Shown here one piece after another: positions 36,626 to 49,527 of a DNA stretch of 64,000 nt. A program made the translations under genes and the position numbers. The DNA lies in the NCBI GenBank assembly GCA_024679065.1, contig JAGIQG010000023.1, forward strand, positions 10,230,001 through 10,294,000, given 5' to 3'. This DNA comes from Sphyrna mokarran. Taxonomy: Eukaryota. The notes under the pieces were generated by a model. It was not told the DNA's origin, ran no database searches, and was given only the letters and a program-made list of their open reading frames with translations. The first letter of the stretch is position 1. Each line of letters opens with the position of its first letter.

Positions 36626-39049
36626 TCCAGTGCAGCTTCTCACTCAAATCTCTGTACTTTGTGTAATGCTGAAGTCAGAGTTGGGAATCTTATTAAATAC
36701 CTGGGGATGGGGCCTATTCTCACCGGAGTCTGACAGCTCTGGGACTCTGAGCGTGTGCAGTGGTCCTGATCTGTCAGTCTCCCCATTTGCTGGCCTGCCC
36801 GGGACCCTCACAGTTTTGCCCCTCCAGCACCTCGCACCCACGACAATTCCCGGGTCAGCCCTGACACCTCCCACCTTGGAGCCCCCCGATATCCAGCACA
36901 ATCCCCCCAGTAGTGGTAATCCTCCCACACCCCACACCCCGGCAGAACTCCCCTTCTGCTGACCCCTCCCCGGAGTCAGACCGTCCTCCTCCGGGTGGGA
37001 GGCAGGTGCCCCACTCTAGGAAGACCCACCCATCCTGACCCGATCGCTGGCCTCCCTCCCTCCAGCCCAGATTGATCGCCATGCAAAATGGCAGTAGGAC
37101 CCCACAACCCCGCCCCCCCCACAGATTGTTTCCCTAAGACCCGCCCACAATAAGCCCCACTCCCTTGGTACTTCCCAATGCCTTGTGGGCTGTGTCAAAG
37201 TGCCCCTGGATATGGGCACTTTGATGCTTGGGCAATGTAGGGGGAACAGTTTGGCATTGCCAGAGTGGCCATGACAAGTGTGCATAAACCCCCTGCAGAG
37301 CCCCAATAATCCTCCCTTCATTACGGTGGGGTTTCCCGCTCGTTCCCCAAACATGGGGAGTTATTCTAAACCCTACCGAGTGAAGTGCTCCTGGTGGGAT
37401 ATGAGATTCAATTGGGACCAGGAAGTTACAATAATCGCATGCAAAACATATTTTAAAAAGATTCAAATCATTTACCCGTCTCCCTGTCAGTTTCCAACCT
37501 GGTCTGGACTCTTGACTGTTCTCTGGCTCTGGGAGAAGCTCATGTATTCCCAGCGCTTGCGCAAATCCCTGAAAAACACACATCTCCCAGCACAATCCAC
37601 CGGAAAATTTGCGAGTCATGATTGGAGAACCGGACTCCCTCTTCCCTTTAGAAACTACACAATAGAAGGAGTTGATTCAGCTCGTTGTGCTGGAGTTGGC
37701 TCATTGAACAATAGTCAAGATCAGTCCCAAATCTTCAATTTTCACAAGTGGGAGGGACCATCCCTGATTCATGACCCTCCTCCCCCTGTCAATTGTACTC
37801 ACCATCCTCTCTGGTGCTAGCACTGACTGACCCAGGCGAATCCACCCCATTTAGCTTCTGCTTGGATCTTCATCATTAGCTCGCTCCAAAATCGACTGCA
37901 GTCCCTGCAGCGACCACAGCTCCTGGTGGCGCTGCTGTGACTGAAGAGCTGCCAACCCCCTGATTGGAGAGCAGGTCTCCTGTCCCTGCTGTAACAGTGC
38001 TGTAATGGTGCCAGCCTCAGTGTAAAATCACTGAGAGGTCAGAGTGGGCAGAACCCAGAAATAATCCCGTCTCTGCAATTTTACTCACTCTCCCCAGCTG
38101 AACACCTGCTGGGGGGTGAGAGGGGGGTGGTGGAGGGCAGTAGGGAGGCAGTGGAGAATGTAAAACTCAGACCCATGTCTTTCTATCAGTTTCCTTGCTG
38201 CATCTATCAGTTAGGTATTGACACAATCTCTGGGAAAAAGTGGGGAATTAGACCCACAATTTGTACATTTCCGAATTTAATAGCACGCGCACTCTACTAC
38301 TTCATTTGCTCTGTAATAACAGTGAATGTTTGTTAGTCTTCATCGTTCTCTCATTGGAAAATCCAGGTCAATAACTCAATCCAGGAGAGAATGAAACTCT
38401 AGAGTTTATAATTGTTCACATTCTGGACCAGGGAGACTGATGTTCTGAGACTGAACATTCTGTGGCCTGTTCAGCAGATAATTAATTGGCAAATGTCACT
38501 ATTTCATCCAAGTCAGGAGGCTTAAGAAAGAACCACCATTTTCTCAAAGCTAATGGAGGAGACAAAACAAGCAGCCAGTAACTTGTAATTAGTTTGACAT
38601 CTCTTCATTGTCTCAGCTCATTGGTCAGTTTACGCACTGTGGTATTTTCAGCAAATTCTGGACCTTTCTATTTTCAGCAATAGTGCAGGAAGGGTCAGGG
38701 TGAACCACACTTCCCATGATGTCAACAACCACATTGAGCAACATTGTCAAAACTGGACAGTGACTGTCCATAGGTCACCGAAGAGGCAGATGTAGAGCTG
38801 TTCCTGCTGGAACAAGGAGATCAGCAGCTAAAAGGGATCTTTCAAGCTGGCACACCCAGTGATAGCAATGGCCAGCTGGCACCTCTGTTCCGGAGCTTTC
38901 TGAAGAATGGAATTTCCTGAGGCCTGGCTTGCTGCTTCCTTCAATTTTATTTCAATTCCATATCAGAGTTTATTCGATGCACTTTCAACATCTCAACAAA
39001 GAGCTGGGTGAAGACAATAAATACTGATCGAAACATTGCCAAGATAATA

Positions 39050-39086
39050 ATGTGGATTTTAATTCTTTTCATCTCTTCTCTGCCTG
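39050..39086 (+). CDS. Gene B exon 1: signal peptide
   Basis: ATG..CCT G|gtgagt, MWILILFISSLP; phase 1 joins 43078 to give MWILILFISSLPVSGALW. Confidence 0.88.
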
Positions 39087-40308
39087 GTGAGTAAGGGACA
39101 GAACTAGATATCAAGATGATGAATATTAGATTAATTTTAGTGCATGGTTTATCCCGCAGCAATATTTAAACACTTGGAGACATGTAAAGCTATGAAAACT
39201 CAGCAAAAATAAATTAATGACATTTTTGTGATATTTGTCGCTATTTTGTTGATACTATTATGCCACAGAAATATTTACCCAGCAAATAGTAAATGGCATT
39301 ATTGATTATGAATATAAACTAACCTATTGATTTTTGTTAAAAAGCTATGTGACTGAAATAATTAAAATGCAGAAGCAACACATTTTAGTCCAGTAAAAGT
39401 TAACGTGTTAATGTAGTTTCATGCTCAATATATCCTGGAGACTGGAGGGTTTGATTCACTCAGTTAGTTGGAGCGTAATGCAGAATGGTTCCATTGGCAA
39501 GGGTTCAATCCTCAGGCTGGCTGTGGTAGTTTATGGAAATCTGCCTCCTCACCTTTCCTCATTCCTGTGGATTGAGTGAGTGGGTGAAATGACCACTACG
39601 CACCCAGGGTGTAGTTCAATAGCAGTATAGCTTTATTTTCTTTTACGTCGATGGAGGTGCAAGCAGGGCATACAGTCGAACTGTCCCAAAAGCACACTAA
39701 AGACCTGCCAAAACGGGCTATAATTATACCCAAACTTCGGTGTAGTGTGCAATTCAAATTTTAATGTTTTGTTTACAGTGTTTGATCTTAGTCATCCTGT
39801 CTCAATGTTTTCAAGTGTTTGGATGATTGTTTTAAATATGTGTTAATCGTTTTTGCCTGATTGGTCATCAATGGTCTGGAATCTCTGAGGTTTGAATAGG
39901 TGTACAATTATTCTCAGGAAGTTTGAGAGGCCAGGGGTGCACTCTGAGCTATGCTAATCTTAAGGTGTCTCTGTAGGTTGTCTGACTGGTTTAGAAGTGC
40001 TGATTTGGTGGGGTATGGAGGTGTGTACTTTTTAATTTAGCTCCTAGAGGTGCCTTCCTGACCAGCTTCTCCTGTGTGCTAGCCCTCATTTGCATTCTAA
40101 AAGCATGCTCCTGCCTGCGTCTGCGATTTTTAGTGGAGGGGCTCTGAGTGTGGTTTTAGTCTGCTTCTATATTGTGTGCCCAATTTCATTAAATTTGTTG
40201 TCCGATAACAGGGTCCCTCACACTCGATGTAACCAATTGTCTCTCCCTCATGTTGAGAGATGCCTGTGATCCATTGCAGATTATTGACTCTGAAGATTGC
40301 TGAGTTAA

Positions 40309-40968
40309 AGTTGGCAATCAAGTCGATAACGTTGTTAAGAAGGCATATGGAGTCTTAGCTTTTGTTGGTAGGGGGATTGAATTTCAGAGCCGCAACGTCA
40401 TGTTGCAACTGTACAAAACTCTAGTGCGGCCGCACTTGGAGTATTGTGTGCAGTTCTGGTCCCCGCATTATAAGAAAGATGTGGAGGCATTGGAGAGGGT
40501 ACAGAGGAGGTTTACCAGGATGTTGCCTGGTATGGAGGGCAGGTCTTATGAGGAGAGGCTGAGGGATTTGAGGTTGTTTTCGTTAGAAAGGAGGCGGCTA
40601 AGAGGAGACCTTATTGAAACATATAAGATGATTAGAGGTTTAGATAGGGTGGACAGTGATAGCCTTTTTCCTAGGATGGAGAAAGCTAGCACGAGGGGAC
40701 ATAGCTTTAAATTAAGGGGTGGTAGTTATAGGACGGATGTCAGAGGTAGGTTCTTTACCCAGAGGGTGGTAAGGGTATGGAATGCCCTGCCTGCGGCAGT
40801 TGTAGATGCGCCAAGTTTGGTGGCGTTTAAGAGGTTAGTAGATAAGTTTATGGACGAAAAGGGAATGGTTTAGTTTGGAGGGTCATTGCTTTTTCCTAAT
40901 TGGTCGGCGCAACATCGAAGGCCGAAGGGCCTGTTCTGCGCTATAATGTTCTATGTTCTATGTTCTAT
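40309..40968 (+). mobile_element. Young 5'-truncated CR1 LINE, specific to copy B
   Basis: Uninterrupted RT C-terminal ORF (LYKTLVRPHLEYCVQFWSP); (TGTTCTA)3 tail; GTTAA on both flanks; empty site at 55-60 in copy A. Confidence 0.93.
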
Positions 40969-43077
40969 GTTAACAACTGCTCAAGGAGGACATGTCTCAA
41001 GTTTGCAAATGTTTCTATTAACAAAATTAGAACTGATGAAATGTAGTTTTATGATGCTTTGTTGGTGACTTTGTTTCATAGAATCCCTACAGTGTACAAG
41101 TAGGTTATTTGGCCCATCGGGTCTGCACCAGCTCTCTGACAGAGCATCTAACCAAATCCTACCTCCATAACCTCACATTCTTTTTCTTAACTTATACATC
41201 TTGGAACACCAAGGGCCAATTTACCCTGTTAATCTCCGTTATTCTAAGGGCAATTAAGCGTAGGCAATTGACCACAGACACACATCTTGGAGTGTCGGAG
41301 GAAAGCAGAACATCTGGAAGAAGTCCTCGCAAACACAAGGAAGACATGAAAACTGCACACAGATAGTCAGCCGAGGCCAATATTGATCCCAGATCCTTGG
41401 TGCGGTGAGGTAGCAATGATCACCACTGTGCCGTCCAATCACATGTCCACGGTTGGTCTACTTTGAACTTCCAAGATGTAATTATTTTATTTTCATTCTT
41501 TGACATTTCACAAAGTAAATTTAAATTGTCACGCCAGCCCCATACTAAACTGATATTATTATGCCGTCTGCAATGGAATTTTTGATTCATACTGCCACTT
41601 CTCCTCATCAAGATGAACATTAGAAATAGGAGCAGGAGTTGGCCATCTGTCCCTTTGAGCCGGCTCCTTCATTCAGCGACAGCCTGACTGATCTCCATTC
41701 TCAATTCTTATATCCCGCAATATCCCCATATTCCTTGATTATGTCGGTGCCAAAAAATTGTATAAATCTCTGTGTTTAATATCCTTCAAGACTGAACATC
41801 TAAAGGGCTGGAGAATTCCAAAGATTCACAATACCTTGAGTGAATAAAAATCTCCTCATCACATCCTTCGTGTCTCTCACTTTATTCTGAGACTGTGATC
41901 CTGTGTTGCAGAATGTACCCTGCCAAGCTCCTTAAGAATTTTATACATTTCAATTCAATCACCTCTGATTGTTCCAACCAACAAGAAATATGCACCTTAT
42001 GGACTCAACTTGTTCCCATCCCATCCCATTATCCCAGGAACCAGTCTTGGGAATCTTCCTTGCACTTTTTCCTGAATAATGTGTCAGTCCTGGTGCATTG
42101 ACCTGTGGGGCAGACTGAGGCCCAGATTACCATCCCTGGGCAGTGTTCACTGAGTCGGGAAAAGCATTTAAAAAAATGAGTCGGGTCAAGCGACCCAGGA
42201 ACAAATCCACAGGCTGCTCAGCCCGGAGGCGAGCTGGACACAAGGCCTGTTTCTGTGCCCCAGCGCCATGGTTAATAAATAAAATAATTTAAACAACCAA
42301 ATCATCACTCCGGATCTGACTGCTCACCAGAGTTTGTCCCAAAGAGTAACTTTCCCCTCTCAAACAATAACTTCCCTCTCCAGAAGGTGAACCCTAACTG
42401 TCCAGAAGAATCCACCAAGTTCAAACTTTCTTTTAATTATTCTAATCTGCACATTCTGGATTCCACACTCCTGATTATACAAAATCCCACTTCTGTCGAG
42501 GCAGATGATGAATTTAATGATAATCCACCTCCACAAATCACATATGCGTGAATGCCAGTCCAATTTCAGTCCCACTCCCAATCTCGGGGCTTTGAAATTG
42601 AAGCCATTCCCGGGATTTTCTCCATGACAGGGACCCTCCAGACCTGGGTGTCAGATTAATCTTTTACCTGAAAGTCATCACTGAGTTCTGTGAACGTGAC
42701 TGGGGGAGGAAAATCTGAGCCATCTCGTCCCTCAGTATTACACTGGAATGTTTCTGTAGGTTTTATACTCCAGTCCCTGGAGTGGGACCTGACCCTGCAA
42801 TCCACCCATTCAGAGACACCAGTGCAAAGCTTGAGTGACAAGTGACACATTAACAATGGCCACTATACATTAACAAGAAATCATTGGCACTGAAGTACTT
42901 TAGCACTGACAGCACGGCTTTATATTCATGTTTTCATTCAGCACAAACTAGAAAGAGAATGATGAATACAGATATTGGAGAGTTTCCTCTGTATACAGTA
43001 GTAAATCTTATTAAAATGTTTCTCTCTGCATTAAGCAGTTATTTAATTGGTCAATTGCTGAAATGTTGTCTCTTCAG

Positions 43078-43398
43078 TTTCAGGTGCATTGTGGGCAGAA
43101 AAGAGAGTCACAGGAATTGTGGGAAGAGCGATCACAATAAATTGCAATTATACTGAACAATACAAAGAAAATGTGAAATATTGGTGTCAGGGTTGGACTA
43201 GCAGGTGCTCATATTTAGTGAGAACGGATGATCCAGATGGACGGCGAGGGAGAATGTCGATCACAGATAACAAGGCACAAGGAATATTTTTTGTTACAAT
43301 GGAGGATCTTCACTTAGGAGATGCAGGATGGTACAGCTGTGGAATTGTTACATCTGGCATCGATCCAAAGTTTACTGTGGAGCTGCAAGTATTTCATG
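43078..43398 (+). CDS. Gene B exon: V-type Ig domain 1
   Basis: Paralogue of 2224-2544 with the same splice sites; YWCQGWTSRC, DAGWYSCG. Confidence 0.92.
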
Positions 43399-46300
43399 GT
43401 AGATTATTCTCAATGATTTTCTTTAGTACTGAAATGTCTGATCCATCTTTTATTCGCGCAGAAACATTGACAGATATCCCGAGGCTCTGCAGCAATGCAG
43501 AGTCTGACAGCTAGAGGGCAGAGACCTGGAAATCTGACTGTTGTGACACAAACTCAATTTGTGGCCTGTCCGACATTCTGATCAAAAACTTCAAACATTA
43601 TTGGGCTAACAATTCCTTTAACTATAGGATATTGTGAAAGACATTACCTACGATGCTCAGAATATTTTTTCTGTCCCTGAAATGTATTAAATATCACACT
43701 ATCAGATTTTTACAGTCGGCATCAATCTAATTGTTAGACATTAACAAAGTGAAGTGAGCAGCCAGTTGGTGGTAATTGTACCTTATTGGTTTAGCAGTGA
43801 ATGGTGGGGCTGTGGGGGAACACAGAGGGGTTAAATATACAGAAATTGACAATATGTTGGGAAGCCAGTCAAACTCCCAACATCCGTATGTATCTGCAAT
43901 GTGTCAGTTTGTGCTTCTTTTAAATAAACCAGTGAAAATTCAGGGTGAAGCTAACAGATTAAAAGTTAACAAATCGGAAAATTTAATAATAATCCAGTAT
44001 GGCGGAAGCCCCTGAAAGGGATTAAAGAACAAAGAACAGGACAGCACAGGAACAGGCCCTTCGGCCCTCCAAGCCTGCACAAATCGCATTTACCTATCTA
44101 GACGAAGTGCTTATATTCCTCTTTTCTCTGTTTGTTTATACGTCTGTCAAGGTAAGTCTTAAATGTGGCTAATCTTTCTGCCTCACCCACCTCACTTGGT
44201 AGTGTGTTCCAGATCCCCACTACAGCCTGAGTAAAAAAGTTCTCCTGGACATTTCCACTGAACTCCTCCCCACTTATCTTGAAATTGTAATTGTCATTTC
44301 TGCCCTGGGAAAACTTCCAACTGTTCACTTTATCTATAACTTTCATAATTTAACAAACTTCTATCAGATGGCCCTCAGCCTCCTTTCCAGGGAAAATAAT
44401 TCCTGTTCATTCAAATTGTCCTCGTAGTTAATACCCCCCACATCAGGCAACATCCTGGTAAATCTTTTCTGCAATCTCTCTAAAGCCTCCACGTCATTCT
44501 GGTTGTGTTGTGACCAGAATTGGACACCATATTCCAAATGTTCCACACGATCATAAAAAACCCCATGGAAACTTTAAATATGTCAATCAGTGCGTGGTCA
44601 AATCTTCCCCACTGAGAGATGGGTTATCAGTTTCAGTCTATTAATCAGTCAGTGAGTGTAATTAGTGGAATCTACCTGCGGCTGCTCGGGTTACTGAGCA
44701 AGGGCAGAAGACAGAGGCAATGGGGGAGGCTGAAGAAGTGACTGGGAAAGATGCCACAAAGGATTGGACCCTCACTGCTTATTTCTAGCCGGATTGTGTG
44801 AAAGGTTTAATATCAGTACTTACAGGTGTTGACTTTCACAACAGTGGCCGGAATGTGTATTTGGCGATTGTATCTATCAGATCAGCATGGGTGGTTTTCA
44901 GGCTGTTTTATTTTGGGCCTCAGATGAGATCAATAATATCAATAGCAGCAACTGCCTCCTCCGCACAGAGCCTGAGCTCCACAAGACAAAGGATTGAACA
45001 GAGACAAGCAGCTCGCTGATGGGCAATCCCACAACACAGGGAGTACACGTTTCCTGATCAGTTTCCTTGACATGTTGGAATTTCAGTGTCTGAAGAGGCT
45101 CATTTGACAACATAAGGAATGGACCAGAGCGATTCTCCAACTCAGATTGATTCAGTTTGAAATGTGGTCAGCAGAACCAAATCCCACTGGAGAGGCCGGC
45201 AGCATAGTGCTGAATGGACCACTGCGTACACAACAATCTGTCACTAAGAATATTGGTGCATGCGCGCTGGCCCCCTCACTACCGTCCTCCCGATCACTAG
45301 CTATCCCGACTCCCCATCACCATCCGACCACTGGCCTACTGGAGCTCTCCTGGGCAAGTCCCAATCTCCCCTCACCCCGATAGCCAGCTCCGACAGCCCT
45401 CGCCTCTCCCTCTTCCATTGATCCCAGTGTAGAGTGTCAGTGAAAACCCCCAACTCACTGAACCCCCAATAGGCCCCAACGCCCAATATGTCACACCCCA
45501 TCCCCCTCCCCCTCCCAACATCACCCACATTGACGCTGCCTGATGCTGGATGTCAGAATATTTTTTTCATTCGTTTGGGGACATGGGCATCGCTGGCAGG
45601 GTAGTATTTATTGACAATCCTGAGAGATTTGAGAGGCCATTTCAGAGGACAGTTAAGAATTCAGGCCAGACCAGGAAAGGATGGTAGATTTCCTTCCCTA
45701 TCAGATATTAGTGAACCAGATGTTTTTTTCCAACAACTGGCAATGGTTTCATGGTCATCAGTAGATTCCCAATTCCAGACTTTCTTTATTGAAATCAAAT
45801 TCCACCCACTACCTGCTGTGGTGGTATTCGAACCCAGGTCCCCAGAACATTAAGTGAGATTCCAGATTAATAGGTTAGCGATAACACCACTCGGCCACCA
45901 TCTCCCCATACGTATACACATATCTTTGGTTGTGGGAGGAAACTGAAGCGCACACAGGAAAACCAAGCAGACATGGGGAGAATATGCAAATTCCACACTA
46001 ACCACACAGCCAACGCTGGAATTGAATCCGGATCCCTGGTGCTGTGAGGCTGCAGTGCTAATCACTGTGCCACTGTGCCACACTGGGTCCTATCTAATCC
46101 CACCATCTAGTTCTTGATCCAGGATGCTGTAGGTTACGGCATCTCAAGTTTAATCCATTTTGTTTAATGCGATCAGGTTATCCACCTCTCCCATCCTCTA
46201 CCACTCTTCCAGGCAGTGAATTCTGGACTCTCAAGAGTGAAATAACCCATTGTCATCCCCCGAGTGAAATAACCCATTGTCCCAAATCTCCTCTAATCCA

Positions 46301-46544
46301 TTCACCAATTAATTTAAATCTTTGTCTCCTGGTTCATGGTCTGATCTGGAGAGCTGCTATATTCTGAAATAATAATAGAGAATGTAGATCAGACTGTTTG
46401 GAGGATGGAGAAATATAGAGAGCTAGATGTATTGGTGAGATTACAACATGACTGACCCTGAATGAAAAGTTGATGAGCTGAAATTTACAGTGTTTGATTT
46501 TTAGATATTCACTCATTTTCTGAATATTTGTTTCTTTCCCACAG

Positions 46545-46868
46545 AACCCGTGTCCGTTCCTCAACTGAGATTTCTATCACCACCAAATGCCTCATGTTCT
46601 GGGGGCTCAGTGTCTATCTCCTGTGACTCTGTCCAGGGATCACTTCCCATTCAGTACACATGGTATGAAAAGACCCCATCTGAAGATTCAAAGATCTCTG
46701 ACACCAATAAACTGGATCTACGTTGTCAATCCTTCACACAGCAACATCATCAATATTACTGCACAGCCTCAAATAACCAGGGAAACAAATCCAGTGAAAT
46801 GGCTAATGTGTCAGTGATCCACATTTCAGAGAATAATTGCAGTTATTTAACACAAATCGACAGTATTG
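46545..46868 (+). CDS. Gene B exon: C2/I-type Ig domain
   Basis: cccacag|AA CCC GTG..ATT G|gtaaac; ISCDS..YTWY..YYCTASN. Confidence 0.92.
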
Positions 46869-47888
46869 GTAAACATCACTTTAAGCATCAACAATTACAA
46901 CAAATTTTTAAGTTAATATTTGTCTGAATTGCTCACTGGTGAAAATCCATCATTGGTCTAAGCAATTGGAATAAAAATAGAATTGAGTTTATTTTGCACT
47001 TTTCACAACTTGGGTACATGTTAAAGTCCGTTCTTGTCAATGCTGGAACTGATTCAGAGCCATTGTTGTGATGTAGGGAGCTCAGCACCTATTTATGAGC
47101 AATAAGCCCCCTCAAAGAGCAATGTGATCAGACAATCTGATGTCTGACAGTTGCTGTTTGAGAGAAAAACTTTCCCTAGAATGGGGGAGAATTCCTCAGG
47201 CATTCTTTGGGCTTTTATTCCTCTTGTAGACTGGGGGGTGCTGATGTTTGTGGGCAATGGGGGAGGAGGAGGTTATATATGCATTGGGGTGGATTCTGTG
47301 AATTGGTGGGGGGGGGGGGTGCTGGGATTCGTTGCTGAGAGGGTGAGAGTGGGAATGCCACAATGCTGGCAGAGATAGGCTGGTGTAGGGTCACCCTAAT
47401 GATTGCATGGTGTTGGAGAAGAACGTTGATCTTTGAATGGTGGGACATTGAGGGGAGACTGATCTTCTACCTGAGGAATGTTCTCCTTGTCCACTGAGGT
47501 TCCTGATGTCTGTGAGCAGTGGGGGTGGGGGAGAGGGTTCTTCAACTGAATGTTGAGACCAACTTTAAAAATGATGCCCAATCTCTATGGAGACAACCCA
47601 GCACAAACCAAGCCACCTGTTTTTTTTGACAAAGTCAGAAAGTTTTGTGGGCAAAGCTTTCTGGAGAGAAACTCATCAGATTTCAGATCAAACCTGACAA
47701 TTTACCCCCTTCTAGAAAATTCCAGCCATCATATTAATGTTTTAACATCTCAGACAAGGATGTATTCAATTGCATTAGAAAATGTATTGGAGAGATTTCT
47801 CTGAACACAGTGGTAAATTCTATTGAAACATATCTGTTTGTATTAAACAATTATTTTTGGATCTGTTTTTGACCTGTTGTCTTTTCAG

Positions 47889-48197
47889 TTCCAAGTGCAT
47901 TGCGGGCAAAAAATAATGTAACAGGAGTTTTGGGAAGAGCGATCACTATCGAATGTCACTATGACAAATTGTCCCAGTCACATGTGAAATATTGGAGTCG
48001 TCAGTGCTCTGTTTTAGTAAAATCAGACGATCCAGATGGACGGCGAGGGAGAATGTCGATCACAGATAACAAGACACAAGGATTATTTGTTGTTACGATG
48101 GAGGATCTTCGCCCAGGAGATGCAGGATGGTACAGCTGTGGTATTGATAAACCCGGCCTACTTTCAATATTTCCTGTAAAGCTACAAATATCTGATG
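47889..48197 (+). CDS. Gene B exon: V-type Ig domain 2
   Basis: cttttcag|TT CCA AGT..GAT G|gtaaat; IECHY..YWSRQC..DAGWYSCG. Confidence 0.9.
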
Positions 48198-49448
48198 GTA
48201 AATTGTTCTCAGTGATTATCTTTGTTACTCTCGACTGAAATGTCTGATCGGTGCATTATCTGGGAGGAGACATTGACAGTTCCGATGTCTGGAGGCTCTG
48301 CAGCAGTGCAGAGTCTGGCAGCTAGAGGGCAGTTAGAACAATGATTATGTTGGAGGAATTGGAATTCAGAGGCTCAGAGTAATGATCCAGAGAGATGGAG
48401 GCAGATTTATTGCACCTTAGACCACACTTTCCTGGTTAGCAAGTTGGCAAAAACCCATGCTCCTGATGCCTGGACAATAGACCTTGATCACTTCCCGAAT
48501 ACTCACCAGATACTCACCAACAGCTCACTTCTTCTCCTGTAGTAAATTCCTTCAGCTCATTAAACCTCCACATTCAGTTGAAGTCAGAGTCCAGTGCTGA
48601 GTTCAAAAACAAAGGATCTCAGTACAAAAAGACCAACTAAAGCCAGTTTCCCCAATTAACTATTTCAGTTTTAGCTTCTATCTCCCAAAACATGAACGTG
48701 CAAACTCCATAGTCACCCAAGGCCAGAATTGAATCTAGGTTTTTGGTGCTGTGAGGCAGCAGGGGTGCCATTATTGTGCCACCATGCTGCCCGTAGAGCA
48801 GGCAGAATAGGGACTCAGTTCAACATCCCACCCAAAAGGTAGCACCTGCAACAGTGCAGCACTTTCTCAGTACTGGACAGGAGTGTCAGCTCTGATTTCT
48901 GAGTCCTAGAACAGGGTTTAAACACAGAACCTTGTGGATGCTACCAATAGCTGGCACTGGCTGAGAATCATTAGATCTCTTCAAAATTACTTGAGCCTTT
49001 GATTAGATAAATTGGGATGAATTATTTCCAGTAATAAGTGAGTAAATACTGGAGAAAATACATTAAGATAATCACAACAAGGACAGCAGGAGAAGTTTGG
49101 AGAATTTTATTGATGCAAATGATTATTAAGATATGGATTGCATTAGAACGAGGACCAACAATAGCTTTTATAATGGAAGCAAAAAGGAGCAGACATTCAA
49201 GAGGATATGGCAAAAAGATACAATAATGAGAATGTCGCTGCAGCGGTTCAAGGCATTTCATGACTATTGTCTCGAGGGCAATTGGGATGGATAATAATTG
49301 CTGGCATAAACTGTGATACCCACATCTCAAGATGAGGTGTCCCCTCAATGAGGTTCTCCCTCAGGTTGGGATGCCACTTGACAATGTGATTCTCTCGTTT
49401 CACGACAATGAAAATGAGGCTGATCTGAATGTTGTTTCTTTGTTTCAG

Positions 49449-49527
49449 ACGGATCTGAAAATCCTCGTGAAGTTTTAACAGTATCACCAACACATTCCTC
49501 CATTCCAAACTCTAAACATACTGAAAG
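49449..49527 (+). CDS. Gene B exon: stalk
   Basis: tgtttcag|..GAA AG|gtacgc; DGSENPREVLTVSPTHSSIPNSKHTES (phase 1/2). Confidence 0.85.

Noticed and set aside
36597-37820. Cluster of long GC-rich ORFs (up to 180 aa)
   Set aside because: No recognisable domain; they overlap on both strands within a C-rich repeat-like element.
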